DNA from: Paragordius varius
Taxonomy: Eukaryota; Animalia; Nematomorpha
Direction of reading: 5' to 3'
DNA: 64,000 nucleotides
Assembly: GCA_964247055.1 (NCBI GenBank)
Contig: OZ176059.1
Coordinates: 1,302,001 to 1,366,000, forward strand
The position numbers and the translations under genes were made by a program. The notes beneath the pieces were generated by a model. It ran no database searches and was not told where the DNA came from. It was given only the letters and a program-made list of their open reading frames with translations. Shown here piece after piece: positions 58,027 to 64,000 of the stretch (positions within the stretch are counted from its first letter, which is position 1; the number at the start of each line of letters is the position of its first letter).

Positions 58027-61000
58027 TTATTTATAATTTTTAGTGTGGTTATTACTAAAAGCCGCAGCATCGGAATTCGTTGTGGTCATTATAGAGGCCA
58101 TCATACCATTCATAGTATTGACGGCAGCAACCATAGGAGCGGATGATATATTACCGGTACCTGCTTGATGATGGGCATGTTGTTGATGTTGTTGGCTGGA
58201 GTAGGGAAGGCGATTATTATGGGCTTGATTAAACGCCGCCGAAAACTGTTGTTGCGAGGCGGCTCCCATAATGAGAGGAAAATGATGGTTCGAATTTCCA
58301 ACCGCCAAACTTGGCGGCAATATAGAGAGCGGGGGCGGCGGACCCCCAACTAAAAGTGGGGGTGGTGGAGGGCATGTGGGCGGCCCACCAGATCCGGTGC
58401 CATTTCCCCCAACGGCAAGCAAGGGTGGTGGTGGCGGTCCTGGTGCGCTTGCTCCTCCTCCTCCTCCTCCAGGCGCGCCAATCGGTGGAGGCGGCGGCGG
58501 AAGAGGAGGGACTGAGGCTGATGCTGCAGCAGCAACTGCCATGTTTGCTGCCATGGCAACAGCCGTGGCTAAATCTTGATGTTGTTGTTGTTGCTGCTGA
58601 TGTTGTTGGTGATGATTGACAGCGGCGGCGGCAGCTGCAGCAACAGCTGCTTTCAACAGCGTCGATGCAGCACTTGGATGAATGTTGGTGTTGCCGGCAA
58701 GGGGCGGTGGTGGTGGACCAGGAGGGGGAGGACCATTGTTAGTATTAGTCATTGGTGGCCCAAATAGTGGATGGTTGTGCAGGGCTGGTGGCGGTAATGA
58801 TGCTTGTTGTTGAACAGCTGGCGGTGGCTGCAAGACATTTGCGCCATTCAGAAACGTTGAATTGGATGCGGCGTTGTTATTTGGGGGTAATTGATTGCTT
58901 CCCACCGCGGCTGCCAATAAATTTTGGGCCAACATATGATTCATAGCTGCTGACCTTTGATGTGATTGTTGAAGGGGATCCATTTGTTGATGATTATGTT
59001 GCTGAATATTTTCTAAAAACACAGAAGGAGTTTCATGATTTGATGGTGGAGCTGATGCAACAGTGTTTTGTTGCGTGCGAGTAGTATTGAAAAAGTTTTC
59101 ATACAAACCCATAATGGCAGCCATATTTTCACGGTAAAAAGATGTGGATTGATTGTTGGAAGATGTATTCCCGCTTGTCGTATTCGGGGCCGTAATATGA
59201 GTCATTTGATTACCAATCAATTGAGGTGTTATAATTTGTGGTTGATTTATGTGTTGACCAAAGGATGACATAAACGTTTCAAAATTGGTTGGTGGCAAAG
59301 CACCTTGTGCGGGTATGGGCGGAGGATGAAAGATATGGTTGCTTGGCATATCATTCAGCGTTGATTGGAGTGGATGATGTTGATATTGGCCAGTTGCTGC
59401 AGCCATGTTAAAAGATGGTGGAAATGGTGGCATTAAAAGGCTATTAATCAAATTTTCACCGCCCGAGGAAGAGTGTGCATTATTAGTATTAAAACTTTCG
59501 TATGATACAATGGCAGAATTAGCAGTATTAGTGTCACAGTGAATATCGTGGTTAGATCCCAGATTAAGAAAACAATCAGAAGTGACATTATTGGTAACGC
59601 CATTATCCGCATTTTCGCCTTGAGTTCTACACATTGAGGAATTACCATTGGTTGAATCATGATCACCAAGGATACCGTATAATTGAGGAGAAGCATTCCT
59701 AGAATTCATGGAATTAGAAGATATATATTGTTGTTTATGTGGTTTTACCATACACACATTACTGCTTGGTAGAGTAGAAGAAGTGTTAGCGATCGAGTCA
59801 GTCAACATTCCTAATGATTTGTGTTGCAACTTTTTTTTGGACCCATATGTTACACCATTATTTACACCAAAAAGATGATGCGAAAGCCCATTTCCAGGCG
59901 ACGTTCGTAATGTATTACCAACATTTTTCCCATAATTATTTGGGGAAGGCGCCATATTTGCCCCAAATGTGTCACGCATTTCATCTAAAAAAGATGAACC
60001 AGTGGTGGCCGATTGAAATTTTTTAGCGGTGGAATTATTTTCATCCACCGCCCCATATGCAGTAAATGGGTATGCATTAAAATGTGTGTCTTTATCAACA
60101 CCTTTACGGTTGGAACTTGTGTTCCAACCCATCTTACCACCAACCGTCAATGAAAGCGTACTACCATCACCATTTAATCCAGATGAGCCATATTTACCGC
60201 TCCCAGCGTTATTAATAGGGTGTCCATCAATTTTGTTGGCATTAGCGCAAGCAGTATTTATACTGGTATTTGTACTAATAGCAGCACCACCACGCATTTG
60301 AAAATGATGATGTGACCGTGCCCCAAACACAGGTGATGATGCCGGAGGCGGTGACGCTGGAGGATCATCGTCCCACACCTTTTTAACGCTCGCAATCTTG
60401 AAGTTTAAATCAGCGGCCGAGGGTGAGATGGGCATGGCCGTGGCCGTTGTGTAGGCTATACCATTGTGACTACCCTGACCAACTAACTGATGCTGCTGCT
60501 GATGATGATGTACCGAAGTTATAATATTCAAATTTAGATGGTGATGGTGGTGGTGCTGTTGCTGACTACGGATTCGGTTTTCAGCTATGGTTGTCCGTAA
60601 CAAAACATTATTACTGCTGCTGGGGTTGTTGTTGTTGTTGTTGGGGGTGGGTGGTGAAGAGGCGGCCGCTACTCCACCCCCAGTGCCGCCGCCCTTAGAA
60701 AAAGGGTCCGATTGTTGATTATGTTGTCTCCTAGGTTGATCCACGTCCATCTCCTCCACCTGTTGATGATGATTCGATGTGGCCATACACGTCCTTAGTG
60801 ATGTTGATGATGGTAAATTTGGGTTCTTTTTGTTACTAATGTATGTGTTGCTGCTTGCGTGTTGGTGGTATGCTTTATTGTTGTTTTTGTTACTGTTGTT
60901 ACTATCAAATTCTGCAGGGGGCGAGGAGGAGTCATTATTATTATTGTTTACCATATAATGATCAAATGCATGATTATGGTTGGATGATGACATGGTGTTG

Positions 61001-63462
61001 GCATTAGTAGTGTTCACGACTTTTGTATTATGGTAGGATTGAAATTTATTGTTCGGCATGTTGGGATAATTCGTAGTGTTAGAAGAAGTGTTATTATACA
61101 TTAAATTGCTTTCATTTGTGTGACGTAGGTGAGATTCTTTATATGCTGCAGTTGTTGTAGTGGTAATGTTGTTAGATGAATTATTGTTGTTGCAATAACT
61201 GACATGATTTCTGCTATGTTCAATGTTATTTGCACCGAAAAACCGGCTTGAACCCCTACTACTACGCTCATTAATATCGGAGTGTATGGCAGCCGAAGTT
61301 GAATCGATATGGTTTGATGGATGATTCCGCTTGAAATTCTGGATGTTTAATATAAAATTAATATAAATGGCATTTTATTGAAATGTGATTTGATTTTATG
61401 AAAGACATCATTTAATATATATATAACGTTTAAACCAATGAAATAAGCGTTGTAAAATACTTCTTTCTGGTTTTGAGTCCCAGTGCTTGTACTGGTTGAT
61501 AATAAATATCGATTACGTTCTGATTGAGATGATGATTCTAAAAAGAATAAAACATGCATAAAAATTAAAATTGGAAACGAAGGCTAAATCTTATAAAAAG
61601 ATAAATCACAATATATATACCAGAGTTAGCAGATGCCGCAGCTTTCTTAGCTTGTCTTAATTCCTGTGTAAATTTTGCAATACTACTCAAGGGTTTTTTA
61701 TGATCGCCATCATCAACTGGTGGTCTCTTTTCATTATCAAGTTTTTTAGCCGTTAAGTTTTTATTAAAAGTTGGGGCAGAGGCGGGGGTGTATGACGATG
61801 CCGTTGTAGATACATTCCGATTCCTTGATGATACATGTGTTTTATTGGCATCTAGCGTAGTAGCTTTATTACTGTGATCCTTGGTGACATTCGTGTCACA
61901 TTTTGTTTCGTAATGATTGGATTCCATTTTCTTGCTCAAAGCACCATCAGCAACACTAACATTATTTTTTCTCGTTAGTGCTATCGTGGAGGATGTTAAC
62001 GTTGATGATGATGCGTTCGAGGAAGGAAATGGAAACCGTATTTTTGCGTTAACATCGTTATTACTACTCAAATTATTTGGTTTATGGTTTAAATTGGATT
62101 TCGATGTGGCGGATACCATTACAACTGTACCGCATGTCGAGTTGGTGGTATTGGTTGTGCTATTTAAATTACGATAAACATTTATTGAAGATGGGGAGGA
62201 ATTTGTCATAGAATGCTGAGCGTTCAACAAAGAAGTTTTTTGCAAATTATGATCGCCGCCACCCTTTGTAGTAGGTACTTCAATGCTTTTGGTATTATCA
62301 ACAAGTTTACCTGCAGTTTTTATTATTTTCCCGTCTTGAATGATCCAACGTGTAGATTTAGATACCGCGAGATCTGTGTTAACAATGGTTTTTTCTTCAA
62401 CTTTCGATTCTTTATCACCAAAATAGTTATCTTGCTTATTTATATAAATTGCAGTTTTTGTTTTGTCGTTTAAATTATCATAACTGGAATCAATTGAACT
62501 ATTTGGAAAGGTTGTTATTGTTTTACCTATAATAGCGTAATATATAAGAATTATTGTAAGGCAAACAAACTTTTTATGAGACGTAAAACAATCAAAATGT
62601 AAATTTACTTTGCACTTTTCCACTATCTGACTCCTTATAACGGTTATATGAAGGTGATTTTAATGGGTAATCAGTGTTGCTAGTTGATGACTCATGATTC
62701 TAATATATATTACATAAAGCTTTTATTATATACAATAACTTTATTCGTTTGTAATGAATAGATAAACTATAAATGTAGATTTTCCTGAATTTGCGCGTTT
62801 TCAAAACAGTTTCATTAATAATATTAGCCAAAGATATGAATGGAGCATTTGAATACTAAAAAAAGGCCATTTAATAATGAAAAAAATATTAATGGCAAAA
62901 TTTTCTAAGGTTAGACCAAGCGTATATTTTAAATGATTTGCAAAATAAGGATAATTAAAATTAATTGAAAAAAAATAAAAATGTATTTATTAAATTAACC
63001 GTTTAATCAATAGATATTCTCATAATATAATTTTAATAAAATTTTAACTATAAAAACGTTTAATAAAATACGAGCTAAAAACGTTAAAATTTATTATAAA
63101 TCGTTGTGACTATCCGATACTTAAAATAACTTACAATAGTGTCCGTATATGATATTGACCCAATTCTATCCTTCACACTTAAAGTTTCTTCCCTTTTGTG
63201 ATGACTTTTGGATTGATGTTGTTGTTGATTGGGATGATAACCAAACTGTGTAATATATTGCATTAACATAAATCAACATATTCATTAATAAGTAGACATA
63301 AAAGCAATATCTGAGGAACAAAACTTAATTAAAGAAAAAACTTACAACATTATCAGTGTATGATGTTGATCCAATTTTGCTTTTAGTATTTTGGTTCAAG
63401 GTATCATCCCTTTTGTTATAATGACTCTTTGATTGTTGTAGTTTTTGTTGATGATGGCCAAA
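58027..63462 (-). CDS. PRRC2: PRRC2/BAT2/nocte-like low-complexity protein, 3' portion (5' exons not found in the window)
   Basis: Exons (minus) 63462-63346, 63245-63135, 62699-62609, 62526-61621, 61537-61461, 61338-58027 (stop), with consistent phases. Family assignment rests on two short recalled motifs, SPSAADLNFKIASVKKVWD and NVCMVKP, followed by a Q/P/H-rich C-terminus. The rest is low complexity, so the symbol is tentative. Confidence 0.65.
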
Positions 63463-64000
63463 CTATATAATATTTGATATAGGAACACAAATAAAGTTTA
63501 GTAAATTAGTTTATAAAAAATAAGTATTACAAAAAAACACATATTGATTCCAAAAAAATAACTTTATTTTGCATTAAAATTAAACTACAATTCGTATGAT
63601 TTGTTATGTGCAAGTATTGTTAAATGTATAAGAAAATTTGAAAAAAAGGGATAAAAAATAAAAGCTCTATGATAGTAATAAAGTTATCATATTTATCCAA
63701 AACAGAAAAAGAGGTATGGATCAAGGCAGTTCATCAAAAAATTTTGCATCGTAATGAATAAAGCATCTAAAGATGACATTAAGAACCTTTAAAAAAGTTA
63801 TAGTAAAAGTTTCGAGCAAAGTGTAATGTTGCTGATGGCTTATTTCTCTTTATGATAGATTGAAATATGTTTTTGGCCAAGATATTAATTGAATGGTTAT
63901 TGCTTAGTTGTAGACGACTTTTTGAATATAGTTCGCACTATTGATTTCTTTTTTTTTCTATCTTTTACCGCTACATTCAAATCATTCAATGTCATTTTAG

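Noticed and set aside
58110-60301. Many overlapping 60-90 aa ORFs on both strands within the PRRC2-like exon
   Set aside because: By-products of GC-rich, codon-repetitive sequence with few off-frame stops. No independent splice signals or recognisable domains.
63690-64000. Possible further PRRC2-like exon or TE coding fragment at the window end
   Set aside because: No open frame with suitable splice sites and phase could be found on the minus strand. Left unannotated.

Overview
AT-rich animal genomic DNA (standard code, GT-AG introns, no prokaryotic features). Four spliced genes can be reconstructed by hand with consistent exon phases. (1) A chondroitin polymerizing factor homolog (CHPF/mig-22 family, +, 11716-24318, 10 exons, ~1825 aa). 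(2) Electron transfer flavoprotein alpha (ETFA, -, 33149-27903, 8 exons, 338 aa). (3) Protein kinase N (PKN, +, 37961-53444, 19-20 exons, ~1583 aa). (4) The 3' part of a PRRC2/nocte-like gene (-, 63462-58027, 5' end not found). Non-coding DNA is dense in DNA-transposon debris: two decayed Buster-type hAT copies arranged as a 4.1-kb inverted pair, piggyBac-like TTAA MITEs (including an 80-bp ends-only derivative), hAT and Tc1-like MITEs, and an unclassified TACCATTT-ended MITE group. The most unexpected signal is a cluster of 20 CAGCTG palindromes, 15 of them in the extended form ANCAGCTGNT, written in two different reading frames inside five PKN coding exons and absent from the intervening introns. 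Other notable items: MITEs sitting within 25 nt of splice sites, a 30-nt intron, tandemly duplicated exons, and a triple-hairpin intronic array. All coordinates, counts and homology calls were made by eye and from recalled family motifs; no searches were run.
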